DNA from: Bdellovibrionota bacterium
GTDB lineage: Bacteria > Bdellovibrionota_C > UBA2361 > JBIKWN01
Direction of reading: 5' to 3'
NCBI GenBank assembly: GCA_044356295.1
Contig: JBIKWN010000026.1
Location: forward strand, 1 to 31,971
Length of the DNA: 31,971 nucleotides
The notes beneath the pieces were generated by a model, which saw only the letters and a list, made by a program, of their open reading frames with translations, ran no database searches and was not told the DNA's origin. Position numbers and translations under genes: made by a program. Position 1 is the first letter of the stretch. Every line of letters begins with the position of its first letter. Below, piece by piece: positions 1-9,274 of the stretch.

Positions 1-7
1 CTTGATT

Positions 8-74
8 CCTCCGATTTTTGTTAACTTTAAAACTTCTTTCTTATTTGAAGTTCTAAAATCGGAGGTTTCTTTTT
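8..74 (+). terminator. Probable intrinsic terminator of a gene upstream of the window
   Basis: Arms CCTCCGATTTT (8-18) / AAAATCGGAGG (55-65), inner AACTTC/GAAGTT pairing, followed by TTTCTTTTT. Confidence 0.5.
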
Positions 75-100
75 GCAACTAGGCTTCTACATAACAACTG

Positions 101-177
101 CCCGTGACCGTGAGGGTAGGCCTGAGCTTGACCAAACCGGATCCGCTCACGCCTAGGCTCAAGCTCACGGTCACGGG
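101..177. repeat. GC-rich inverted repeat built from degenerate 6-bp units
   Basis: Left arm cccgtgaccgtgagggtaggcctgagcttgacc (101-133). Right arm (145-177) reverse-complements to cccgtgaccgtgagcttgagcctaggcgtgagc. The outer 14 bp are perfect. Confidence 0.8.
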
Positions 178-201
178 GGTAATCGGTTTAAAAAAGGGAG
201 T

Positions 202-230
202 TAGCACTCATCGTACTTTTACGTTACTAT
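202..230 (+). promoter_or_regulatory. Putative sigma70 promoter of sucCD
   Basis: TAGCAC-N17-TACTAT followed by a GC-rich stretch, ending 10 nt before the ATG. No Shine-Dalgarno. Confidence 0.4.
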
Positions 231-240
231 TTCCCCCGCT

Positions 241-1404
241 ATGAATCTTCATGAATACCAATCAAAAATCGTAATGAAAAAAGCAGGTCTGCCAGTTTTA
301 AATGGCTTTCTTTGCTATACCCCTGCTGAAGTTGAGGCTGCAGCGACTAACCTTGGTGGAAAAATCTGTGTTGTTAAGGCACAGGTCCACGCAGGGGGTC
401 GAGGCAAAGCTGGCGGCGTGAAGCTTGCAAAGTCACCTGATGAAGCAAAAAAACACGGCGAAGCAATCTTAGGTATGACACTTGTAACTCCTCAAACTGG
501 AGCAAAGGGTAAACTCGTATCAAAGGTATATGTCGAAGATGGCTGCAACATAGATAAAGAATTCTACATTAGTCTTCTTGTTGATAGAGCAACAAAATCT
601 ATCTCAATTATTTCATCAACTGAAGGTGGAATGGAGATTGAAGAAGTTGCCCACAACCATCCTGAAAAAATATTAAACACTTCTGTTGATCCAAAAGTTG
701 GACTTCAAGCATTTCAGTGTCAAGAAGTTGGATTAAAACTTGGACTTGATGTCGAGAAAACAAAAAAACTTTCAAAAGTATTGATGGGCCTCTATCAAGT
801 TTTCGTTAGTAACGATCTTGCGATGATTGAGATCAATCCTCTTGTTCTTACAAAAGAAGGTGAGTTTTTAATTCTCGATGCTAAATGCGCAGTTGATGAT
901 AACGCATTATTTCGTCATCCCAACCTGAAGCTCTTTATGGATTATGATGAGATGGATACCAGAGAGATCAAAGCATCTAAGTATGGTTTAAGTTACGTTG
1001 CGCTTGATGGAAACATCGGCTGTATGGTTAATGGTGCCGGTCTTGCGATGGCTACAATGGATATTATTAAATCCTACGGCGGCGAGCCTGCGAACTTTCT
1101 TGATGTTGGTGGGGGAGCTACTAAAGAAACTGTTACCGAAGCATTCAAAATTATTCTCTCTGACGATAACGTGAAAGGAATTCTCGTAAATATTTTTGGC
1201 GGAATCATGAAGTGCGACATTATTGCAAATGGTGTTGTCGAAGCCGCAAAAGAGCTCGGGGTAAAAGTGCCTCTCGTCGTTCGTCTTCAAGGTACAAACG
1301 TCGATCTTGGTAAAAAAATATTGAGTGAATCAGGATTAAAAATTATTCCTGCAGACACAATGAGCGATGCTGCAACTGCAATCGTAAAAGCAGTCAAAGG
1401 ATAA
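241..1404 (+). CDS. sucC: Succinyl-CoA synthetase beta subunit
   Basis: MNLHEYQ start, [19 protein letters not shown]-grasp motif, [15 protein letters not shown] and NFLDVGGGA motifs. Confidence 0.98.
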   Translation: MNLHEYQSKIVMKKAGLPVLNGFLCYTPAEVEAAATNLGGKICVVKAQVHAGGRGKAGGVKLAKSPDEAKKHGEAILGMTLVTPQTGAKGKLVSKVYVEDGCNIDKEFYISLLVDRATKSISIISSTEGGMEIEEVAHNHPEKILNTSVDPKVGLQAFQCQEVGLKLGLDVEKTKKLSKVLMGLYQVFVSNDLAMIEINPLVLTKEGEFLILDAKCAVDDNALFRHPNLKLFMDYDEMDTREIKASKYGLSYVALDGNIGCMVNGAGLAMATMDIIKSYGGEPANFLDVGGGATKETVTEAFKIILSDDNVKGILVNIFGGIMKCDIIANGVVEAAKELGVKVPLVVRLQGTNVDLGKKILSESGLKIIPADTMSDAATAIVKAVKG

Positions 1405-1425
1405 GGTAGGGGAGTTAGAAGAATC

Positions 1426-2295
1426 ATGAGCGTATTAGTTAATAAACATACAAAAGTAATTACCCAAGGAATGACTGGAAAAACTGGAGCATTTCACACA
1501 AAAGGTTGCCGTGATTACGGTACACAGATGGTTGCTGGAGTTGCGCCAGGAAAAGGTGGTCAAGACTTTGAAGGTATTCCACTATTTAATACAGTAAAAC
1601 AAGCACGAGATAAAACCGGTGCAAATGCATCTGTTATTTATGTTCCACCTCCGTTTGCTGCAGATGCAATCATGGAAGCAGTCGATGCAAATCTTGATCT
1701 TGTTGTTTGTATTACTGAAGGTATTCCTGTTCTTGATATGCTTAAAGTTAATGCATTTCTTGAAGGCAAACATACAAGACTTATCGGTCCAAACTGCCCA
1801 GGGATTATTACTCCAGGTGAGTGTAAAATCGGAATTATGCCGGGACATATTCATAAGCCGGGCAGAATCGGAGTAGTTTCTAAATCAGGAACATTAACCT
1901 ATGAAGCAGTATTTCAGCTTACTGAACTTGGGTTTGGACAATCTACCTGTATAGGAATTGGTGGTGATCCATTAAACGGCACTAACTTTATTGACTGCTT
2001 AAAGCTCTTCAATGACGACAAAGATACAGATGCCGTTATCATGATTGGTGAGATCGGTGGTAATGCTGAAGAAGAAGCATGTGAATGGATCTCTAAAAAT
2101 TTCAAAAAACCGGTTGTTGGGTTTGTTGCTGGGGCGTCTGCGCCTGAAGGTCGACGAATGGGTCATGCAGGGGCAATAATTTCAGGAGGCTCTGGTACTG
2201 CTGAAGCTAAGTTTGAAGCGATGAAAAAAGCAGGAGTGATTGTTTCTCATTCTCCTGCGGATCTTGGTAAGAAGATGAAAGAGGCGATGAAGTAA
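1426..2295 (+). CDS. sucD: Succinyl-CoA synthetase alpha subunit
   Basis: TQGMTGKTG CoA-binding motif, [16 protein letters not shown] phospho-His motif. Follows sucC with an SD-like GGGAG. Confidence 0.98.
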   Translation: MSVLVNKHTKVITQGMTGKTGAFHTKGCRDYGTQMVAGVAPGKGGQDFEGIPLFNTVKQARDKTGANASVIYVPPPFAADAIMEAVDANLDLVVCITEGIPVLDMLKVNAFLEGKHTRLIGPNCPGIITPGECKIGIMPGHIHKPGRIGVVSKSGTLTYEAVFQLTELGFGQSTCIGIGGDPLNGTNFIDCLKLFNDDKDTDAVIMIGEIGGNAEEEACEWISKNFKKPVVGFVAGASAPEGRRMGHAGAIISGGSGTAEAKFEAMKKAGVIVSHSPADLGKKMKEAMK

Positions 2296-2576
2296 TTCTG
2301 AACTTCGCCCCTTTCAAATTTTGTAGGAATCCTCAATCAAGTTCTTATTTGTATTGATTAAGCTGGGCACTCCATCTGTTCACTCTTATAGGAGCCTCCT
2401 ATAATTCGACCTCTTGAATCTCTATTAGAAATTGTTTAATTGCTATCAAACGCTTTTAGTAGTGATCTATTGAAGTAAAAGGCGAAAAGTAAGAAGCAGA
2501 ACCAAATCGGATTTAACGTAAATGAAACTCTTTCTGACCCAAGAGCTGTTATCAGCAAACGTGACGAGATCTAAAA

Positions 2577-3032
2577 TTACACCCACACATCATTTTTACT
2601 CTGCGATCGAATCTGACCAGAGGTCCTAAGCTCATCAAGGATTTTTAAAATCCGACGCTGTGCATCTTCGACATCAGAAAGTTTTACTTTTCCAAGCGTC
2701 AGAAAATCATCGTTCACAATTGCAGCTTTTCGTTCTGACATGTTCGTCAGGAAAATCTCTTTGACTGGGGCTGAAGCAGTCTTAAATGACATGACCAAAT
2801 CCCGATGATCGATCGCTGAAAGAAGAACTTGAATCCCTTGAGCAGTTAAAGAGGCGATATCGTCAAAGTTAAACATATTGTCTGCAACTTTTAAGGATAT
2901 CTGTGGATCTTTCTCTTCAATCGCTTTCAATAATTTTCCGCGATGCTCTTGTGGCATTGCTTGAAGGATTTTGGCAGCAATTGCTGCGCCGTCTACTGTT
3001 TCGTCCTCTGGCTTGGAAGTTTTCTTGCTCAT
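2577..3032 (-). CDS. Stand-alone FliG C-terminal domain protein
   Basis: MFNFDD (MFXF motif), NMSERKAAIVNDD torque-helix-like segment and VEDAQRRIL. Only 151 aa, whereas full-length FliG is ~330 aa. Confidence 0.8.
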   Translation of the reverse strand: MSKKTSKPEDETVDGAAIAAKILQAMPQEHRGKLLKAIEEKDPQISLKVADNMFNFDDIASLTAQGIQVLLSAIDHRDLVMSFKTASAPVKEIFLTNMSERKAAIVNDDFLTLGKVKLSDVEDAQRRILKILDELRTSGQIRSQSKNDVWV

Positions 3033-3115
3033 ATCTATATTAGATGAAAGTTACCCCGTCTGTGATGCTTTTGGCGAGGGGAAAAAATTGGAACTTGTTG
3101 AATTTACAGTGTTGT

Positions 3116-3145
3116 TTGCATTAAAAAGGGCTCCTCGTTTATACT
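3116..3145 (+). promoter_or_regulatory. sigma70 promoter of the tRNA
   Basis: TTGCAT-N18-TATACT followed by a GC-rich discriminator (GCCCCCTGC), typical of stable-RNA promoters. Confidence 0.65.
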
Positions 3146-3166
3146 TGCCCCCTGCAAATTTGATAT

Positions 3167-3240
3167 GGCGGCGTAGCTCAGCTGGTTAGAGCGTGGGATT
3201 CATAACCCCAAGGTCGGTGATTCGAGCTCACCCGTCGCCA
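3167..3240 (+). tRNA. tRNA-Met (CAT), elongator type; CCA not encoded
   Basis: Cloverleaf: acceptor GGCGGCG/CGTCGCC, D-arm GCTC/GAGC, anticodon CAT at 3201-3203, T-arm GGTGA-TTCGAGC-TCACC, discriminator A. The paired G1:C72 argues against an initiator tRNA. Confidence 0.93.
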
Positions 3241-3272
3241 CTCTTTTTTCGGACTAGTGGTTTTTTAGATTA

Positions 3273-4070
3273 GTGGTTCTAGCGGGCGTTATTGCAGTAA
3301 AGTTATACCAATACTTTTCCGATCTTATCCTTATGCATTCACTTAGCCCGTTCCCTATTCGACTCGGTACCCATAACACAAGTTCTCAAAAGTCTTCTCT
3401 ATTCCACTTTTCATTACTGTGCCTTTTCTTCTTCCTCATTTTGTTTTCACAAACTTGTACCGCTCAAATTAAAGTTAATCCAAAAGTTATTGGCGGAAGC
3501 ATCGTAAATCCTTCTAACTATAGCGTTGCTGCATTAGTAAGCTCTCAGGGAGATTTATGTTCAGGATCTGTCGTTTCAAGAAGATCAATTTTAACAGCTT
3601 CTCACTGTGCGTTTATCGCAAGTAAGGCTGGTTCATTCGCGTATATACGAGGAGTTAAATATCCATTACAGGGTGGAAGGAGAGCACCTGGTGGAATCGA
3701 TGTAGGTATAGTCAGAACAACTGTTGATATAAAAGCTTCCAGATTTGAAGTTCCGCAAGGAATCAAGGCTCCTATTGGTCAACGATTTTTACTTCTAGGT
3801 TTTGGCGATCCAAATCCTGGCAGATTGTCACAAGGATATATGACAGTTTCTAGCTATCCGAATTCAAATGAGTTCATAGCTTCATCCTACAAGGGTCAAA
3901 ATGCCTGTCCAGGCGATTCAGGTGGCCCAGCTATTGTCTCTTATAGGGGCAGGGCAAGTATTATCGGAGTAGTCAGTCGAGGACCCCAAGGTTGCCGCTC
4001 AGGTAATAGTGTAGTTTTTCCTATGACAACTACTGATAGAATGGCCCGTTGGATACGTCAAAACGGCTAA
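3273..4070 (+). CDS. Secreted S1 (trypsin/chymotrypsin-like) serine protease; true start probably further downstream
   Basis: Hydrophobic signal-like segment, K|VIGG activation site, and the catalytic triad in LTASHC (His), DVGIV (Asp) and GDSGGP (Ser). Confidence 0.9.
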   Translation: MVLAGVIAVKLYQYFSDLILMHSLSPFPIRLGTHNTSSQKSSLFHFSLLCLFFFLILFSQTCTAQIKVNPKVIGGSIVNPSNYSVAALVSSQGDLCSGSVVSRRSILTASHCAFIASKAGSFAYIRGVKYPLQGGRRAPGGIDVGIVRTTVDIKASRFEVPQGIKAPIGQRFLLLGFGDPNPGRLSQGYMTVSSYPNSNEFIASSYKGQNACPGDSGGPAIVSYRGRASIIGVVSRGPQGCRSGNSVVFPMTTTDRMARWIRQNG

Positions 4071-4190
4071 TTCCTTCGAAAAAATCCTATTATTTCAAGC
4101 TACTTAAAATAATAGCTATTCCCTTTCGAGCAAAGATAGCTTACTGTTCCCGCGTTAAAAATTTAAGATTTTTCTGGTGGTTCGAATACA

Positions 4191-4637
4191 ATGAAGGGTG
4201 CAAAAACCAAAAAAACTGAAGGCAAAGATCGTGATGTTGAACTTCTTGAGATAAAAGATCTTCTCAATCAAGAAAGACTTCGCGTAACTACTGAACTCAA
4301 AAAAACAGAGAGTCGTCTCGAAGTTGATAGAGATGAAGTAACTGGTGATGATGCTGATATTGCATCAGCTCAGCTTCAATCTGCTGAAGCAAAGAAACAT
4401 GGTAGCCGTCTTTTAAAGCTTCTCAAGAAAATCGATTATTCTCTTTCTAAATTTGAAGATGGAACGTTTGGTGTCTGTGAATTGACAGGAGAGGATATCC
4501 CTGTCGCGCGACTTCGAGCACGTCCAACAGCATTGTATACTGTTGAAGCTAAAGAAGAGTTAGAGCGTAAAGAGAAGCGATTCCGTTCAGGAGAAACTGA
4601 CGAAGACGGAATGGATTTCGATGATGATGCTGAATAG
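4191..4637 (+). CDS. dksA: DksA/TraR family RNA polymerase-binding transcription factor
   Basis: Coiled coil with DxxDxA tip (DDADIA) and globular domain GTFGVCELTGEDIPVARLRARPTA. Confidence 0.88.
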   Translation: MKGAKTKKTEGKDRDVELLEIKDLLNQERLRVTTELKKTESRLEVDRDEVTGDDADIASAQLQSAEAKKHGSRLLKLLKKIDYSLSKFEDGTFGVCELTGEDIPVARLRARPTALYTVEAKEELERKEKRFRSGETDEDGMDFDDDAE

Positions 4638-4679
4638 TTAGGATTTCGTTTCTTAATCTATGATTTATCAATGGCGCTT

Positions 4680-5768
4680 TTATGCGCCATCATCATTTTC
4701 TCTATTTTGAGATCTTAGTCCGGCCTGATTGATGAAGAAAACACTTCTTTTAAGACTTACAATCCTATCAATAAAATCATTGCATTCGGCTGTTTTTTCA
4801 GTGCGTGGGAAGCGTTTCTGAATGGAATCTATATTAGTATCCAAAAGAAAGCTGTTTGATGGATCAAGATCATTGCTAAGCATGTCATCATAGAGAATTG
4901 TTCTTAGCAATTGCATAGCTTCAGTTGCTTCTTCTGTATCGCCTTGTGCAAAAGCGCAGTAGGAAAAATTAAGAAGTGAATTGGAAACATGAAGAGGTGT
5001 TCTGAAAAAAGAAGCTATATTGGATATGGGTTCACTATGTTCTTGGGAAGGAAGAAGTAAGATATACGAAGCAATCATTACATTTTGATTAGTTGAGTCT
5101 GTAAAATCTAGCTTTTCTTCGAGCCGATTAAAATATCCGTTTAAAAATTGCCTAAGTACGGAAGGCTTGGCAAAACACTCTTCAAAACCCCAGTGATGCT
5201 CAATAGTTTGCAATGCAATAGTAGCGTTACTGAATTCATTCACAAGAGCAACTGCGTTTTCTGGACAAGCAGATAAAATATCATCCGCGACAGCTTGACC
5301 TGCCCATTCAAAATAGGAAGTTTTTTTTGTAGCAGGAGAATCTTCAAAGGGGTTATTTTTGCTATGCCACAACGCCCAGCCAATTTGATGAGCAGAAGGA
5401 ATTCCAGTATTAAGAAGATTTTTACTGAGAGATATTTTTAAATATGGACAATCAACACGAAATACATAGTCTGTAAGGATCGCAGTAAGTAATCCTACTT
5501 GACCAATCTTAGTTCCATAGGGCTTGAAAAGGTTTGGATTTTGAGTTTCAGAGAAAAGTGTCGCAAAGCTTTCAGCAAAATAATCAATTTCTTGATTATT
5601 CCAGGATTTTGGATCTAGATTTTCCAGAGGTAGTTTTTTGTCAGCTGCAACAGACCGCCCAAAAGGTGGTACCTCAAATAATTCGTTAATTTGGTCTAAG
5701 ATTTCAACTCTGATGAGTGTTATATTCTTTTGAGTTGAGCCTTGTATTGCTGGATCACGAGAGAACAT
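4680..5768 (-). CDS. Hypothetical protein (362 aa)
   Basis: Long open frame filling the dksA-yip1 gap, with TACAAT 9 nt before the ATG. No recognised motif. Confidence 0.7.
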   Translation of the reverse strand: MFSRDPAIQGSTQKNITLIRVEILDQINELFEVPPFGRSVAADKKLPLENLDPKSWNNQEIDYFAESFATLFSETQNPNLFKPYGTKIGQVGLLTAILTDYVFRVDCPYLKISLSKNLLNTGIPSAHQIGWALWHSKNNPFEDSPATKKTSYFEWAGQAVADDILSACPENAVALVNEFSNATIALQTIEHHWGFEECFAKPSVLRQFLNGYFNRLEEKLDFTDSTNQNVMIASYILLLPSQEHSEPISNIASFFRTPLHVSNSLLNFSYCAFAQGDTEEATEAMQLLRTILYDDMLSNDLDPSNSFLLDTNIDSIQKRFPRTEKTAECNDFIDRIVSLKRSVFFINQAGLRSQNRENDDGA

Positions 5769-5821
5769 GTCTAATTTATTGTATTTCCAAACCGTATTCT
5801 GAGGGATAAAGTGCCATTATT

Positions 5822-6400
5822 ATGAATCTTAATCAAATCAAAGAAATCACCCTAGACCTTATCATGGATCCTACATCTGGGTGGGAAAAGCACAGATCTG
5901 ATTTTACAAGTGAAAATCAGATCCTGACCCAGTTTGCTGTTCCGCTTATTGCGCTTGGAGCCCTCGCTGGTTTTGTGAAGCTCGGTATCTTTAAAGGTGC
6001 TATTACAGGCGCTCTTGTTTTATCAGCAGTGCAGTTAATTGTTGGGATTGTTGCTTTATATATAGCTTCTTTTGTTGTGAAGTTTATCGCTGAAAAGTTT
6101 GATGGTCATCCAACTTCTCTAGATGCTTTTCGATTTGTCGCATTTGGTAATAGTGTAGGTTGGATAGGTGCAATACTAACAATTGTCCCTATACTTGGCG
6201 CTTTGGCTAGCCTTGGTCTAACGCTTTATGGGATCTATGTAATGTTTAAAGGGATTACCCCTTGTATCGGAGTTCCACAAGAAAAACGAATGACCTTCTT
6301 CATTGTTACTGGTGCAATTCTTATGATTATTTCAATTATCTTGGCTGCCATTATAGGGCTAGCAACGGTGAGTGTGCTTGGAGTTGGAATGCTTGCTTAA
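5822..6400 (+). CDS. Yip1-family (DUF1282-like) membrane protein
   Basis: N-terminal P-x-x-x-W pattern, about five hydrophobic helices, YGIYVMFKGI...VPQEK pattern typical of bacterial Yip1 proteins. Confidence 0.75.
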   Translation: MNLNQIKEITLDLIMDPTSGWEKHRSDFTSENQILTQFAVPLIALGALAGFVKLGIFKGAITGALVLSAVQLIVGIVALYIASFVVKFIAEKFDGHPTSLDAFRFVAFGNSVGWIGAILTIVPILGALASLGLTLYGIYVMFKGITPCIGVPQEKRMTFFIVTGAILMIISIILAAIIGLATVSVLGVGMLA

Positions 6401-6487
6401 GAGCTGTACGGTTGAAGTTTTTTTCGTCATGCTTTAGTTATCTTTAATACTCTTGAATATCGTTCTTCCCATGCTTACACGTAGAGC

Positions 6488-9100
6488 ATGGATATTTCTA
6501 AATTTACGATTAAATCGCAGGAAGCGCTTTCAGAGGCTCAAAATGTTGCAGTTCGTCTGAATCATCAAGAAGTTGATGTAGAGCACTTGTTGCTAGCGGT
6601 TATAGCACAGCCTCAAGGTATCATTCCGCGGGTGTTTGAAAAACTAGCAATTTCCCCTGAAAATTTTCAAGAAGCACTCAGAGCCGAGCTTTCGAAACGA
6701 CCTGCAGTCACTGGTAGTGGTTTTGAACCTGGTAAAGTTTTAGTCACGCAACGTTTAAACCGTTTAATGCTCGCAGCTGAGGATGAAGCGAAACGATTAA
6801 AGGATGAATATATCTCTGTTGAGCATTTATTCCTTGCAGCTCTTAGTGAGTCTGATAGAGGAGGGCTTGCTACTCTCTTTAAAACATTTTCAATAACGAA
6901 AGATAAATTTTTAAAAGCATTAATTGATCTTCGAGGAAATCAGCGAGTACAAAGTGCCAATCCTGAAGAAACCTATGAAGCATTGAAAAAATACGGCAGA
7001 GATCTCGTTGAAGATGCAAAAATAGGAAAAATTGATCCTGTTATTGGACGAGATAGTGAAATTCGAAGAGTCATACAAATCCTTTCTAGAAAAACAAAAA
7101 ACAATCCGGTTCTTATTGGAGAACCAGGAGTTGGTAAAACTGCAATTGTTGAAGGGCTTGCCCAGCGTATTGTTCGTGGCGACGTACCTGAAGGATTAAA
7201 AGATAAAACTATTTTTGCACTCGATATGGGAAGCCTAGTAGCAGGGGCTAAATTTCGTGGTGAATTTGAAGAGCGCCTGAAAGCAGTTTTAAATGAAGTA
7301 AAAAATTCAGATGGAAAAATTATTCTTTTTATCGATGAACTTCACACCATTGTTGGTACTGGGAAAGGAGAGGGATCACTTGATGCTGGAAATATCTTAA
7401 AACCTATGCTTGCTCGAGGGGAGCTTCACTGTGTTGGAGCAACAACTCTTGATGAATATCGTCAGTATGTTGAAAAAGATGCAGCGCTTGAAAGACGGTT
7501 TCAGCCTGTTCAGGTAGATCAACCCTCGGTTGAAGATACCATTTCAATTTTACGCGGTATCAAAGAGCGATTTGAAATCCACCATGGTGTTCGCATCCTT
7601 GATAATGCACTTGTTGCTGCAGCAACTCTTTCTGATAGATATATCTCTGACAGATTTTTGCCAGATAAAGCAATTGATTTAATGGATGAGGCTTGTGCTC
7701 GTATCCGAACAGAGATTGATTCCATGCCAGCTGAACTTGATGAAGTTACCAGACGATTGATGCAGCTTGAAATTGAGGCTGCTTCACTTCGAAAAGAAAA
7801 AGATAAGGCAAGTGCTACTCGTTTAGAAGATTTGGGCAAAGAGATAGGTGATCTTAAATCCCAAAGTACTGCTATGAAGGATCAATGGGACGCAGAAAAA
7901 AAAGCAATCCATAGTCTTCAAGGTTTACGTGAGCAGATTGAAAAAGTACGACTCGATATACAAAAGGCCGAGAGAGATTATGATTTAAACCGTGCCGCTG
8001 AATTAAAACACGGCACGCTGCCTTCACTTGAAAAAAAACTTCAAGAGGAAGAAGTAAAAATTGTTGGAGAGAGTGGGTCAGGGAAACGATTAGTTACTGA
8101 AGAAGTTAATGAAGCAGAGATTACCGAAGTTGTCGCACGTTGGACAGGAATCCCTGTTACGAAACTTGTCGAAGGAGAGCGCGAGAAATTATTAAAACTT
8201 GATTCCATACTTCATGAACGAGTCATAGGACAAGATGAAGCGGTTCAACTTATCGCAGATGCAGTGCTTAGAGCTCGAAGTGGAATTAAAGATCCTCGCC
8301 GTCCAATTGGATCATTTATATTTTTAGGTCCAACTGGAGTTGGAAAGACTGAACTTGCTAAAACACTCGCTGAAAGCCTCTTTGATAGCGAAGACAATAT
8401 GATTCGTATTGATATGAGTGAATATATGGAGAAGTTCTCTGTATCTCGCTTGATTGGTGCACCTCCAGGATATATTGGATATGAAGAAGGTGGACAACTC
8501 ACTGAAAGTGTCAGAAGAAAACCGTACAGCGTGATACTTTTCGATGAAATAGAAAAAGCGCATCCAGATGTATTTAATATTCTTCTTCAAGTACTTGATG
8601 ATGGAAGAATTACAGATTCTCAGGGTCGAACTGTCGATTTTAAGAATACAGTTATTATTATGACCTCGAATATTGGTTCGCATTTTTTACTTGAAGGTAT
8701 TTCCAAATCTGGTGAGATATCCGAGTCTGCAAAAAGAAATGTGATGGAAGAGCTCCGTGGAAAATTCCGACCAGAGTTTTTGAACAGAGTAGACGAAATT
8801 GTATTGTTTAAACCTTTGCAACTAAAAGAAATTGTCAAAATAGTAGATCTACTTGTTTCGGACGTTAAGAACCGTCTTTCAGAACGTCAGATTCAATTAG
8901 TCATTACTGATTCTGCTAAAGAGATTATTGCTCGTCTCGGGTATGATCCAATATACGGAGCACGACCGTTAAAACGGTTTATACAACGCGAAGTTGAAAC
9001 TAAAATTGCACGTGCAATTATTTCAAATCAGATTGTAGAAGGCGGAAGCATTTTGGTTGATGGGAATGGCGATGAGATTAGTGTGGAGTTATCGCATTAA
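6488..9100 (+). CDS. clpB: ATP-dependent disaggregase ClpB
   Basis: Clp N-domain, two AAA+ modules ([16 protein letters not shown]), long coiled-coil M domain, GARPLKR. Confidence 0.97.
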   Translation: MDISKFTIKSQEALSEAQNVAVRLNHQEVDVEHLLLAVIAQPQGIIPRVFEKLAISPENFQEALRAELSKRPAVTGSGFEPGKVLVTQRLNRLMLAAEDEAKRLKDEYISVEHLFLAALSESDRGGLATLFKTFSITKDKFLKALIDLRGNQRVQSANPEETYEALKKYGRDLVEDAKIGKIDPVIGRDSEIRRVIQILSRKTKNNPVLIGEPGVGKTAIVEGLAQRIVRGDVPEGLKDKTIFALDMGSLVAGAKFRGEFEERLKAVLNEVKNSDGKIILFIDELHTIVGTGKGEGSLDAGNILKPMLARGELHCVGATTLDEYRQYVEKDAALERRFQPVQVDQPSVEDTISILRGIKERFEIHHGVRILDNALVAAATLSDRYISDRFLPDKAIDLMDEACARIRTEIDSMPAELDEVTRRLMQLEIEAASLRKEKDKASATRLEDLGKEIGDLKSQSTAMKDQWDAEKKAIHSLQGLREQIEKVRLDIQKAERDYDLNRAAELKHGTLPSLEKKLQEEEVKIVGESGSGKRLVTEEVNEAEITEVVARWTGIPVTKLVEGEREKLLKLDSILHERVIGQDEAVQLIADAVLRARSGIKDPRRPIGSFIFLGPTGVGKTELAKTLAESLFDSEDNMIRIDMSEYMEKFSVSRLIGAPPGYIGYEEGGQLTESVRRKPYSVILFDEIEKAHPDVFNILLQVLDDGRITDSQGRTVDFKNTVIIMTSNIGSHFLLEGISKSGEISESAKRNVMEELRGKFRPEFLNRVDEIVLFKPLQLKEIVKIVDLLVSDVKNRLSERQIQLVITDSAKEIIARLGYDPIYGARPLKRFIQREVETKIARAIISNQIVEGGSILVDGNGDEISVELSH

Positions 9101-9111
9101 ATCCATTTTGA

Positions 9112-9190
9112 GTAACGCGAAGGCGCGAAGTACGCGAAGTGATTAATTGTTTTCTTCGCGTACTTCGCGACCTTCGCGTTACAAAATTTA
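9112..9190. repeat. Hairpin element of (CGCGAAGnn)3 units, copy 1; likely also a bidirectional terminator
   Basis: Arms gtaacgcgaaggcgcgaagtacgcgaag (9112-9139) and cttcgcgtacttcgcgaccttcgcgttac (9154-9182) pair with one bulge. Lies between convergent clpB and the TonB-dependent receptor. Confidence 0.88.
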
Positions 9191-9274
9191 ATTGGAAAAA
9201 TTATTAACTCTTCTTTTTAGTCATAACTTTTCAATCACTTAAAGTATACTCAATTTTCTTCAGCGGTGAGTAAT

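Noticed and set aside
201..227. CIRCE (HrcA) operator upstream of sucC
   Set aside because: Only the left half TTAGCACTC is present, with no GAGTGCTAA after 9 nt.
2971..3189. 72-aa plus-strand ORF
   Set aside because: Overlaps the FliG-like gene antisense, the tRNA promoter and the tRNA itself.
3167..5768. Genomic island integrated at tRNA-Met
   Set aside because: No integrase and no duplicated tRNA 3' end seen; dksA and clpB nearby are core genes.
6452..6473. sigma32 promoter for clpB (CTTGAA...CCCAT)
   Set aside because: The spacing between the elements is only ~9-10 nt, too short for the consensus. No CIRCE is present either.
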